64,000 nt of DNA from an uncultured Gemmatimonadales bacterium (GCA_963724265.1 CAVRTU010000005.1:280800-344799); one strand, 5' to 3'; shown: positions 9,822-18,422, numbered from the stretch's first letter. The notes: a model not told the origin generated them from the letters alone. Numbers and translations: made by a program.

Positions 9822-12085
9822 TTACCGCTTCTGCTGGATGTTCCGCTGGATCTCGAGCGCGATCGAGTCCGCCCGGGCGGCCGCGGCGGTGTCCCCCTTC
9901 TGCCGCATGCTGGACGCGGCCCCGCTGTAGGCCACCAGGTAGAGCTGGAGCATCGAGGCGGATGGCGGATCGACCCAGCCGTGCGGCCGGTCCTTGGTGG
10001 CCGTCTGCCAGTGGTAGACATCCCAGAGCAGGTTCATGGTCCGCGGATAGTCGAGATAGGCCAGCCCGCGGTTGAGCAGAATCGTGTCGTTGGGGACCAC
10101 CGCCGTGTATTGCAGCCGGCGGCCGAACCCGGCCGAGACCAGATAGGGGGTCAGGTCGAAGGTCGCGTCCGGGTAATTCCCGTCGCTCCAGCTGAAATAG
10201 ACGGGCCGGGCGCCGATGTTGTCCCGGATCATGAACAGCGTGGCCAGGTCCTTGAGCTCGAGGTACTGGTCGCCGAAGCGGACCTGGAGGCTGTCGAACT
10301 TGACGCCCGAGCCCTTGGGAATGGAAGACAGCTCGGGCAGCGAATCGATCTGGGCCGGGGTGAGCTGCAGCGCCGGCTTGGTGGGGCGCACCCAGGTCCC
10401 GGTGCGCCAGATCGGCGCCGCGCCGGCCGGGTTGAACTCCGGTGTCACCCGGCGCGACAGCTGCTTGAGGTGCCACCGGGTGTTCATCAGCGAGAGGTTG
10501 GCCAGGGTGACGTCGGTCCGGATGCCCTCGACCTCCTGCGCGTACCAGAGCGGGAAGGTGTCGTTGTCGCCGGCGGTGATCAGGATGCCGTAGGGCTCGA
10601 CCGACTGCAGCATGTCGATCGCGGCGTCGCGCGCCATGGTCTCGTTGGCGCGCGACGCCGTCAGCGTGGTTGCCCGCCAGCGGCACCAGCGCCAGGGCCA
10701 GGACCGGCGAGGCGGCGAGCCACCGGCTCCGCTCGCTGCCCCGGGCCTTGAGCGACTCGACGATCGCCGTCATCAGCGCGCCGAGGCCGACCGCCACCCA
10801 GAGGCCGAAGGCCGCGAAGGAGACCACGAAGAAGTAGTCTCGCTCGCGGACCTCGCGGGCCACCTGGTCGCGCCCGATGTCGTACGAGTAGCCGTACTTG
10901 AAATTGAGGTAGAAGATGAGCGCAATGGTCAGCGTGCCCATCAGCGCCGTCGAGGCCGCCGCGGCCCGCTTGTCCTTCTGCCACAGCGTCATCGGCGCCG
11001 AACAGGCCGAGGACGGCGAAGAGCCCGGTGAAGATCCCGTTGGCCGGCGCCCAGTCGCGGGCGAACTGCCAGTTGAAGTACTGCCAGTAGTTGCCGAGCT
11101 GCGAGATGAAATCGGCCTGGCGCTGCCAGACCGGAGGCTTGCCGTACTGGACCCGGTTGAGCACCTCCATCAGCGCGTTGCTGAAGAAGCCGATCGGCTC
11201 GCCCTCGTTGATCGGGGGGAAGTGGGCCGCGCGGATCGGCAGGAAGAGGTAGTTGGGGCCGATCGCGACCAGCACCGCGATCGTGCCCAGATAGAAGATC
11301 GGGCGGCGGAACTCGGCCGGGTCGCTCCAGGCGGTATAGAGCAGCAGGGTGCCGTAGGCCAGGATGATGGCACCGCGTCCCGACATCGGTCCCGTGACCA
11401 GGACGGCGCCCAGCCCCGACACCGCCAGCGCCAGGGTCAGCGCCATCATCAGCACCCACGGCTTGAGCGCCAGGCGCCAGTCGGTCCAGAGGACGTAGGT
11501 CGCCACGGCGATCGACCCCAGCACGCCCATCATGTGATTGGTCGAGCTGATCGCGATGATGTAGGCGATCAGCACCAGCCACCGGTCGCGGTGGGGGCCC
11601 GGCTCGTCGTCCGCCCAGTGCACCCCCAGCCACGTCACCAGCGCCGTGGAAAACATCGAGACGGTGTACACCTTCTCGTTGACCGTGGACTGGTTCCAGA
11701 CCGTCCAGCTCGTGGCCGACACCAGCGTGCCGGCGAAGGCCGCCGCCAGCCGGGCCCAGCGCACCGGGACCACGTCCCGCATCCACCGCTCGGCTACCAG
11801 GAACCAGAGCCCGGCCGAGGCGGCGCTGGTGACCGCGGCGAAGAGGTTGATCCGCACCGCGTAGCTGGCCGCCAGCGGCAGCGCCCCGAAGGTGTGGGCC
11901 AGCATCGTGAACAGCGGATTTCCCGGCGGGTGCGGGATGCCCAGCACATACGCGGCGGCCAGGTACTCGGAGGTGTCCCAGAACGCCGTGGTCGGCGCCA
12001 GCGTGGCCACGTAGATGCCGAAGACGAGCAGCGAGGTCAGTGCGGCGTAGCCGTAGGGAGGGCGGGTCTCGGTCGAGTCGGTCAT
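9822..12085 (-). CDS. DUF2723-family polytopic membrane protein (putative glycosyltransferase), paralog 1; interrupted
   Basis: N-terminal piece is the 10661..12085 frame (TLAPTTAFWDTSEYLAAAYVLGIPHPPGNPLF). The middle piece is the 9325..10992 frame (MTLWQKDK...YLNFKYGYSY...RERDYFFV). The C-terminal piece is 9822..10637 (ITAGDNDTFPLWYAQEVEGIRTDV). Frame changes lie near 10990 and 10680. Confidence 0.8.
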
Positions 12086-12092
12086 GTACCCT

Positions 12093-12176
12093 GGGGAACG
12101 GGGAAAGTGGGAGCAGGAAGCAGGGAGCAGGGGGTGTCGGGAATCATCCCGCTCCCTGCTCCCCTCTCCCTGCTCA
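12093..12176. repeat. Hairpin of GGGAGCA-type tandem words
   Basis: tgggagcaggaagcagggagcaggggg / loop / cccgctccctgctcccctctccctgctc, lying between the DUF2723 start and the purH stop. Confidence 0.7.
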
Positions 12177-12184
12177 CCCGGGTT

Positions 12185-13715
12185 TTAGTGTCTGAACTGC
12201 CGCCGGCCGGTGAACACCATCGCCAGGCCGTGCCGGTCGGCGGCGGCGATCACGTCGGCGTCGCGGATCGAGCCGCCGGGCTGGATGATCGCGGTCACCC
12301 CCGCCGCCGCCGCCTCGTCCACTCCGTCGGCGAAGGGGAAGAAGGCGTCCGAGGCCATCACGGCGCCCTTCGGGTCGTGCCCCTGCTGGCGGGCCTTGTG
12401 CACCGAGAGGAACGAGCTGTCCACCCGGCTCATCTGTCCGGCGCCGATGCCGATGGCCATCTCGTCCCGGGCCAGCAGGACGGCGTTGGACTTGACACTG
12501 GCCACGGCGGCCCAGGCGAACCGGAGGTCGTCCCACTCCGCGTCGGTGGGCGGACGGGAGGTGACCACCTTCCACTCCGCCTCGGAAGGCTCGAAGGTGA
12601 ACCGGTCCTGCAGCAGGAAGCCGCCCCGGATCCGCTTGACGTCGAGGGCCGGCTCGCCGTGGCCGACCGGCAGCTCGACCACGCGGAGGTTCTTCTTTCT
12701 GGCGAAGAGCTGCCAGCGCCTCCTCGTGGAACGAGGGCGCCACCACCACCTCGAGGAAGAGCTCGTCGAGCGCCGCAGCCGCCCGGGCATCCACCACCGT
12801 GTTGAAGGCGACGACCCCGCCAAAAGCCGACTGCCGGTCGCCGGCGACGGCCTTGCGGGCCGCCTCCTCGGCGGTGACCCCGACGGCCATGCCGCAGGGC
12901 GTGGTGTGCTTGATCACGGCGCAGGCGGGGCGGATCGGCCACAGCGCCACGGCGCTCATCGCGGCGTCGAGGTCGAGCAGGTTGTTGAAGGAGAGTTCCT
13001 TGCCCTGGCGCTGCTTGAGGTCGCGGATGCCGCGGGGCTCGTCGGTGGCGTAGAGCGCCGCGCGCTGCGACGGATTCTCGCCGTAGCGCAGTCCCATCAC
13101 CTTTTCGACCGAGACGGTGATCTGGCTGGGCAGCCCGTCCTCGCGGGGAGTCAGGTAGCGCGCGATCGCGGCGTCGTAGTTCGCGGTGTGGCTGAAGACC
13201 TTGGCCGCGAGCTGGCGGCGGCACTCGGTAGACACGGTACCCGCCCGGAGCATCTGAAGCACCCAGCCGTAGTCCGTTGGATCGACCACCACCATCACCG
13301 AGTCGTGGTTCTTGGCGGCGGAGCGCAGCATCGCCGGGCCGCCGACGTCGATGTTCTCGATGGCGTCCTCGAAGCTCACGTTCGGCTTGGCGACCGTTTC
13401 GCGGAACGGATAGAGATTCACCGCCAGCAGGTCGATCGGTTCGATCTTGTGGTGCGCCATCGACGTGCGGTGCTCGGCCAGGTCGCGCCGGCCCAGCAGG
13501 CCCGCGTGGATCACCGGGTGGAGGGTCTTGACCCGGCCGTCGAGGATCTCGGGGAAACCGGTGACCGACTCCACCGTGACCGCCGGGACTCCGGCCGCGC
13601 GGAGAGCGGCGTGGGTCCCGCCGGTGGAGATGATCTGCCAGCCCATCGCCACCAGTTCCTGGGCGAAGGGGACGATGCCGCGCTTGTCGCTGACGGAAAT
13701 CAATGCACGGGGCAT
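12185..13715 (-). CDS. purH: Bifunctional AICAR transformylase / IMP cyclohydrolase; one frame break
   Basis: 12174..13715 frame gives MPRALISVSDKRGIVPFAQEL...KHTTPCGMAVG...APSFHEEAL. The C-terminus is in the 12185..12823 frame (LFARKKNLRVVEL...KSNAVLLARD...IQPGGSIRD...MVFTGRRQFRH). The frame change is near 12715. Confidence 0.92.
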
Positions 13716-13721
13716 GAGGAC

Positions 13722-14328
13722 TCAGCCTCTGGGCTCCTGCGCGAACTGCACCGGGACCGGGTGCCCGGCCCGCGCGGCGGCCAGGACCACGGCCGGGAGC
13801 AGTTGATGTTCGACGTCCAGGACCCGGGCCCCCAGCCGTTCCGGGGTGTCGTCCGGGAGGACGGGGACCCTGGCCTGGGCCAGGATCGCGCCGCGATCGT
13901 AGACTTCGTCCACCAGGTGGACGGTGGCGCCCGACTCGGGCCGGCCCGCGGCCAGCACCGCCTCGTGGACCCGGCGGCCGTACATTCCCCCGCCGCCGAA
14001 TTCCGGAAGCAGGGCAGGGTGGATGTTGATGATCCGGCCCCGGTAACTTCGCGATGACGGCGGCCGGCACCAGCTTGAGAAACCCGGCCAGGACGACCAG
14101 GTCGACCCGTGCCTCCTCGAGATGCCTGAGCCACTCCGCGCCGTCGCGGTGGTCAGCCAGAACCCGGGTGGCCACGCCGTGTTTCCGGGCCCGCTCCAGC
14201 CCTCCGGCCCGCGGAGTGTTGCTCAGGACCAGGACGACTTCCGCCGGGGCCCCCGGGCCGAGGGCCCCGATCAGGGCCTCCAGGTTGCTGCCCCCGCCCG
14301 AAATGCAGACCCCCACCCGCATCGGCAT
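13722..14328 (-). CDS. purN: Phosphoribosylglycinamide formyltransferase; one frame break
   Basis: N-terminus [20 protein letters not shown]...[11 protein letters not shown] (12430..14364 frame). C-terminus ...[38 protein letters not shown] (13722..13985 frame). The frame change is near 14040. Confidence 0.88.
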
Positions 14329-14433
14329 GGCGCAACAAAGTAATCGGCGAGGCGTTCGATTCACAGTCGCGCTACCGGGGCACGGTCGCGCTTCCGCGGG
14401 ACTTGATGCGAGGCGGGAGACTGCGTGGCCGGG

Positions 14434-15546
14434 CTACCCCTTCACCATCCTCCAGGCGTGATACGCCCCACGCGCGACCGTCGATGCGGTCCGCCGGCGG
14501 GCTTGAAGGGTCAGCTCCTTTCCCTTGACCAGTTCCTGCATCGGCATCCCCGCCTCGATCCGGGTTCCTTCCTCCAGCAGTTTCTCCAGCAGCCGGGGAC
14601 GGTCACCGGCCCGGCGGAAGGCGGCCAGGCGCCACTTCATGACCCGCATCATCGGGAACGGCCGGGGCATCGCCCCCAGATGCAGGCGGAGGGGGACGCC
14701 GGCGAGCTCCGCCGCGGCCTGGAGCCAGCGGAGAAGGAGGTCGCGATTGCGGATTTCGCGCGAGGTGAGTCGCTCGCCGATGACGTCCCAGTAGATGGCC
14801 GCGTCGCCCCCCATGAGCACGGCCGCGTCCAGCAGGTAGTGCAGGCGGAATGCGTTCGTCCCCTCACCGGCCGCGTGCGTCAGGGTGTGCCAGAACAGCT
14901 CGGTCACGCTGGGGACGCGCAAGGTGAGCTTGTCGCGCGCGACCACCTGCGACTCGAACATCTGGCGGCGCCAGGCGTCCGGCGGCTTGATCTCGCGCGA
15001 GGTCGAGGTGTGGATCTCCACCGCCACCCGGTTGGCGCCGGCCAGCGGGATCAGGTGCCAGAGGTCGACGGGGGTCAGGTTCGGGTCGGCCGCGAACTTG
15101 TAGCCGGACTTCTTCAGGTCCTCCCAGACCGAGGAAGCGTGCTCGGCCGGAAGCAGCACATCGACATCGATGGTGGAGCGGGCATCGATGTAGGGGTAGC
15201 GGTCGGCCAGGAGCCTGCGGGCGATTCCCTTGAGGAAGACCGCCGGGATGCCGCCGGCGGTGAGCAACTCCGCCAGCCGGATTGCCTCGGCTTCGACCAG
15301 GAGCCCGTTCGCCGTTTCCACCCGGGCCCGCCTGATCAGCCAGGTCCAGAAGGCGGGCGGCAGCTCATCGCCGACGCCCAGTCCCCTGAGGCGCCGGTAC
15401 AACCAGATCGTGACCTGCTCGTAACTGACCAGCTCGCGCAGGCCTGACGGGTCGGTCCGCAGCCAGGCATCCTTGAGACTGGCGGCATCCCACCCCCCGC
15501 GCAGGCGCACTGTCTGGTACAGGACCTCAGCCGCGTTGAGCGTCAT
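14434..15546 (-). CDS. Uncharacterised-nucleotidyltransferase-family protein (NTP_transf_5-like), RiPP-cluster associated
   Basis: 370-aa intact ORF. Its ATG is 3 nt after the B2 stop. IPAVFLKGIARRLLADRYPYIDARSTIDVDVLLP... resembles the nucleotidyltransferase that co-occurs with PqqD/B2/HPr-kinase genes. Family assignment is from memory and not computed. Confidence 0.65.
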   Translation of the reverse strand: MTLNAAEVLYQTVRLRGGWDAASLKDAWLRTDPSGLRELVSYEQVTIWLYRRLRGLGVGDELPPAFWTWLIRRARVETANGLLVEAEAIRLAELLTAGGIPAVFLKGIARRLLADRYPYIDARSTIDVDVLLPAEHASSVWEDLKKSGYKFAADPNLTPVDLWHLIPLAGANRVAVEIHTSTSREIKPPDAWRRQMFESQVVARDKLTLRVPSVTELFWHTLTHAAGEGTNAFRLHYLLDAAVLMGGDAAIYWDVIGERLTSREIRNRDLLLRWLQAAAELAGVPLRLHLGAMPRPFPMMRVMKWRLAAFRRAGDRPRLLEKLLEEGTRIEAGMPMQELVKGKELTLQARRRTASTVARGAYHAWRMVKG

Positions 15547-15549
15547 TGA

Positions 15550-15966
15550 TCAGGTTGCCGCGGAGGGATCGGGGAAGACAGCGATCACGGTGTGGGCTCC
15601 CGGCGCCTCCGGTTCGGGTTCGAGGTAGAGCAAGTTCTCGAGCAGCAGCCAGGCGTGGGCGGCCAGCTTCCCGTCGGGCCCCCGCCGGACCCCGATGACC
15701 AGTTGCAGCGGACGCCCGGCCCCGCGCAGCAGGTGATAGAGTACCGCGGCCCGCTTGAGACAGGTATACCGCCAGGGGCCCGGCAGCCGGCGCAGAACAT
15801 CATCCACCCAGCCGGCCAGGGCCGCGTCCTCGAAGGGCGGCATCGGGCGACGCTGCCCCAGGCGGGCCACCAGCCGCTGGAACGAGACGAGCAGGATCAG
15901 CGGCGGGATCCACAGCGAGGCCGCCAGAGCCCGTATCCGGATCCCCACGGACAACCGCTCACTCAC
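15550..15966 (-). CDS. Lasso-peptide B2-type leader peptidase (transglutaminase-core-like cysteine protease)
   Basis: ORF track 15550..16005. The preferred GTG at 15966 forms a GTGA overlap with the PqqD stop. Has candidate catalytic Cys (PWRYTCLKRAAVLYHLL) and His (GKLAAHAWLLLENLLYLEP); ~138 aa. Confidence 0.8.
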   Translation of the reverse strand: MSERLSVGIRIRALAASLWIPPLILLVSFQRLVARLGQRRPMPPFEDAALAGWVDDVLRRLPGPWRYTCLKRAAVLYHLLRGAGRPLQLVIGVRRGPDGKLAAHAWLLLENLLYLEPEPEAPGAHTVIAVFPDPSAAT

Positions 15967-16238
15967 TCGCTGCGGTCCTCGATGACCAGCTTGGCGCCGA
16001 GGCACCGGTCGAGGAAGTGCCGGGCGCTCACTTCCGCCTTCTCGGGCGTCACCTCGAAGCGCTTGACCAGGGCGGCGCCGATTTCGGCCAGCGTGGCTGA
16101 GGGCTTCAGGGCCTCGAGGATGGCCAGTCCGGTCTCGTTGACGGTGAAATAGCGCCGGCTGCCGAGATGGAGCACTACGCCCTCGCCCTCGAGGGCGGTC
16201 AGGCGGAGCTCCGGGTGAGCGCGGTATCGGGTCGTCAT
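15963..16238 (-). CDS. PqqD-family RiPP recognition element (lasso B1-like)
   Basis: Internal ATG at 16238 forms an ATGA overlap with the kinase stop. 91 aa: MTTRYRAHPELRLTALEGEGVVLHLGSRRYFTVNETGLAILEALKPSATLAEIGAALVKRFEVTPEKAEVSARHFLDRCLGAKLVIE, the PqqD pattern. Confidence 0.8.
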   Translation of the reverse strand: MTTRYRAHPELRLTALEGEGVVLHLGSRRYFTVNETGLAILEALKPSATLAEIGAALVKRFEVTPEKAEVSARHFLDRCLGAKLVIEDRSE

Positions 16239-17227
16239 GGGGGTGCGATGGTTGCGAGAATGGACGGATCGAGGAAGAGGTCCCGTCCCAGGATGACGCG
16301 GAGGCACCGGGCCTGCCGGGCCAGGGCGTTGAGGAGATCGAGATGCGATTGGGCCAGGTCGGGCTCCAGCGCCACCCAGGCCGACCAGCGCACCAGCTCC
16401 GCGAGCACCTCGGCTCCCCGGATTGGCTGGGCTGAAGTGTAGTCGGTGCCGACGCTGGTGAAGAGAATGATGTCAGGATGGACGGTCCCGATCCAACGGC
16501 CGCCGAGTTCTTCGGGCGTGAAGAGCCGCTTGCCCCGCTGCGCGATCAATCGGCCCCCCCGGCGCGCCAGGAATTGCTGCCCCTCTGGCCGGAGGGCGAT
16601 CGGCGTCCGGTAGGCGTGGACGACGACCTCCGGGCCCGAGCGAGACAGGAAGGCGATGTCGTCGCAGCCGACTTCCCACCCCAGGCTGGCCAGCAGGGCC
16701 GCGGTCGTGGATTTGCCGGCGTGAGTGTTGCCAGCCAGGAGCCAGCCGCGGCCTGCTGGATCCACGGCGGTCGCGGCGTGGACGTGGTGCCACCCCACCC
16801 GGCGCAGCAGGAAGATGAGGGCGACCATCCCGAATCCGCGGAGGCACTCATCCAGGCGATCGTGCGCCTCGGGGGAGAGGATCAGTTCCGCCTCGGCTGT
16901 CTGGCCGTTCAGCCTGGCAACTGCGGGGGCGCCCTCCCACGAGACGAGAACCTCGCCTTGGGGCTCACCCCCCGAGCGGATCAGAACGTTTCCCTGTCTG
17001 AAAGTGGGCCGTGTATCGGTCGAGAGGTCGGGCGGGGAGCCGATTTCGACCCGAATCGTCAGCGGACGGGGCGGGGTCAGCTCCGATCCGTCGAGCCAGG
17101 TCTGGATTGCCCGGGTCAGTTCGGGATGGGCGCCGATTACCGTGAAGGAGGGCACGGGGGAAAGATCACCCGCCCACCAATCGAAACGCCAGACTCTCGA
17201 GGGAGTCTGGCGTTTGGTGCCGCTCAA
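16235..17227 (-). CDS. HPr-kinase-related (HprK C-terminal-like) P-loop kinase
   Basis: 330-aa ORF. Walker A LLAGNTHAGKSTTAALLA followed by GCDD, as in HprK-like RiPP kinases. The TTG start at 17227 is doubtful because the first codons overlap a hairpin; a GTG at 17155 is an alternative. Confidence 0.75.
   Translation of the reverse strand: MSGTKRQTPSRVWRFDWWAGDLSPVPSFTVIGAHPELTRAIQTWLDGSELTPPRPLTIRVEIGSPPDLSTDTRPTFRQGNVLIRSGGEPQGEVLVSWEGAPAVARLNGQTAEAELILSPEAHDRLDECLRGFGMVALIFLLRRVGWHHVHAATAVDPAGRGWLLAGNTHAGKSTTAALLASLGWEVGCDDIAFLSRSGPEVVVHAYRTPIALRPEGQQFLARRGGRLIAQRGKRLFTPEELGGRWIGTVHPDIILFTSVGTDYTSAQPIRGAEVLAELVRWSAWVALEPDLAQSHLDLLNALARQARCLRVILGRDLFLDPSILATIAPP
17184..17214 (-). terminator. 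Hairpin after precursor A1 (attenuator/partial terminator candidate)
   Basis: Minus-strand RNA AAACGCCAGACUC-CCUCGA-GAGUCUGGCGUUU, a 13-bp stem with a weak U tract. The stem core ACGCCAGACU is shared with the terminator after A3. Confidence 0.45.
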
Positions 17228-17245
17228 TACTGGGAACTGAGCCGA

Positions 17246-17368
17246 TCAGCCGGGGCAGTTCTCACCGGTGCAGGGAGCAAGGTCCCCGGAAGCAAGCGTC
17301 AGTTCAGCCAGCGAGGCCTCTTCAGTGAGTGTGGGCTCAACGAAGGGCTTTCTTTCGACGTGCGGCAT
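17246..17368 (-). CDS. RiPP precursor peptide A1 (40 aa)
   Basis: Not in the ORF track (<60 aa). My translation: MPHVERKPFVEPTLTEEASLAELTLASGDLAPCTGENCPG*. AGGAGG sits 5 nt upstream of the ATG. The leader is homologous to A2/A3. Confidence 0.75.
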   Translation of the reverse strand: MPHVERKPFVEPTLTEEASLAELTLASGDLAPCTGENCPG

Positions 17369-17452
17369 CGGTGCCTCCTGAGCGGGTAAGTGCGGAGTCC
17401 CCTCTCCAAGGGACGACGTCGCCTTTCTCGCAATTCTCGCACCGCTACAAAT

Positions 17453-17461
17453 CGTGATGTT
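17453..17461 (-). promoter_or_regulatory. Conserved upstream box AACATCACG (A1 copy)
   Basis: Identical 9-mer 85 nt upstream of the A1 ATG, within a locally AT-rich stretch containing TTGACT. Flanking similarity continues to ...ATTGC about 25 nt downstream. Confidence 0.4.
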
Positions 17462-17571
17462 GATTAGTGTAAGTCAATATTTTATTTGCACTTGTAAATC
17501 TTCGGTATCTGCAATTCCGGACCCATGTCGGCAGGATTCATCAACAGCGATGGGAGAGGCGGGTGTGACAA

Positions 17572-17598
17572 CGCCGGATTTCCTGGGGAAATCCGGCG
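17572..17598 (-). terminator. Hairpin after precursor A2
   Basis: cgccggatttcc-tgg-ggaaatccggcg, a 12-bp stem 26 nt after the A2 stop, followed on the minus strand by UUGU only. Confidence 0.45.
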
Positions 17599-17624
17599 CT
17601 GACACTGCTGGGTGAGGCGTTGGC

Positions 17625-17813
17625 TCAGTTGCGATCGCGACCGTAGGCATGGCCGTGGCCGTGACTATGACGCTGGCCTTGGCTCTGGCCCTGGTCAAAT
17701 TGCTGGGCCGAGGCACTGCTGGCGGGGGACCCGGAAGTCAGGGTGATGTCCGCAAGGTCCGCCTCTTCGACAACTGTGGGATCCACAAAGTGCTGTTTCG
17801 TCGTGTCCGGCAT
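17625..17813 (-). CDS. RiPP precursor peptide A2 (62 aa)
   Basis: ORF track: MPDTTKQHFVDPTVVEEADLADITLTSGSPASSASAQQFDQGQSQGQRHSHGHGHAYGRDRN. GGAGG SD. The leader aligns with A1/A3. Confidence 0.75.
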   Translation of the reverse strand: MPDTTKQHFVDPTVVEEADLADITLTSGSPASSASAQQFDQGQSQGQRHSHGHGHAYGRDRN

Positions 17814-17903
17814 AGGTACCTCCGTTAAGGCAGGCGAACCCTATGTCCTCCCGGCACAGGAATCACGATTATCAGGATAAGCAATGCGCGGGCCAAAGCG
17901 ATA

Positions 17904-17912
17904 CGTGATGTT
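17904..17912 (-). promoter_or_regulatory. Conserved upstream box AACATCACG (A2 copy)
   Basis: Identical 9-mer exactly 91 nt upstream of the A2 ATG, the same spacing as for A3. Confidence 0.4.
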
Positions 17913-18028
17913 CGGGATCATAACACGATGGGGCATCATAGGTTCAGAAGGTACTATAGGGCAATCGCTAGCTGACTGTGGCCTGCCTCCCTCACCGAAT
18001 CTGTGGACCCGCCGCCAACTCAACGAGC

Positions 18029-18068
18029 CAAAACAAAGACGCCAGACTCGGCTTTCAGTCTGGCGTCT
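18029..18068 (-). terminator. Intrinsic terminator after precursor A3
   Basis: Minus-strand RNA AGACGCCAGACU-gaaagccg-AGUCUGGCGUCU followed by UUGUUUUG. Confidence 0.7.
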
Positions 18069-18096
18069 GCACTCCCGAGGAAGATTCCGAGGGGGC

Positions 18097-18216
18097 TCAG
18101 TGGTGATGTCTGTCGTACACCCTGGGGCTGGTATTCGAGGTCAGGGTGATCTCGGCCAGTTGTGCTTCCTCGGTGAGCTTGGGCTCAACAAAGGGCCTTC
18201 TCATCGCTTCGGACAT
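18097..18216 (-). CDS. RiPP precursor peptide A3 (39 aa)
   Basis: Not in the ORF track. My translation: MSEAMRRPFVEPKLTEEAQLAEITLTSNTSPRVYDRHHH*. GGAGGAG SD upstream. Confidence 0.75.
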   Translation of the reverse strand: MSEAMRRPFVEPKLTEEAQLAEITLTSNTSPRVYDRHHH

Positions 18217-18306
18217 ACTCTCCTCCAATTGGGCAGGGGCCATCGGCACCCGTTCGACGCTCATGGTTCGGCAACCTTACGGTGCAATCTCCAAGCCACT
18301 GCAATT

Positions 18307-18315
18307 CGTGATGTT
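18307..18315 (-). promoter_or_regulatory. Conserved upstream box AACATCACG (A3 copy)
   Basis: Identical 9-mer 91 nt upstream of the A3 ATG. Confidence 0.4.
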
Positions 18316-18422
18316 GAAAATTACAACACCTTGCATCGCAATGGCATCGGAATGTGCCAAATGTGGACCCCTGCATCACTGTGGGCCGGACCCCTCATCG
18401 GATCTGTGGAGTGCCCGCACCT

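Noticed and set aside
14434-18216. Calling the cluster a canonical (phosphorylated) lasso peptide cluster.
   Set aside because: There is no Asn-synthetase-like cyclase or exporter in the window. No core has Asp or Glu at positions 7-9, two cores begin with Thr, and none ends in Ser. I kept it as a lasso-derived but cyclase-less system instead.
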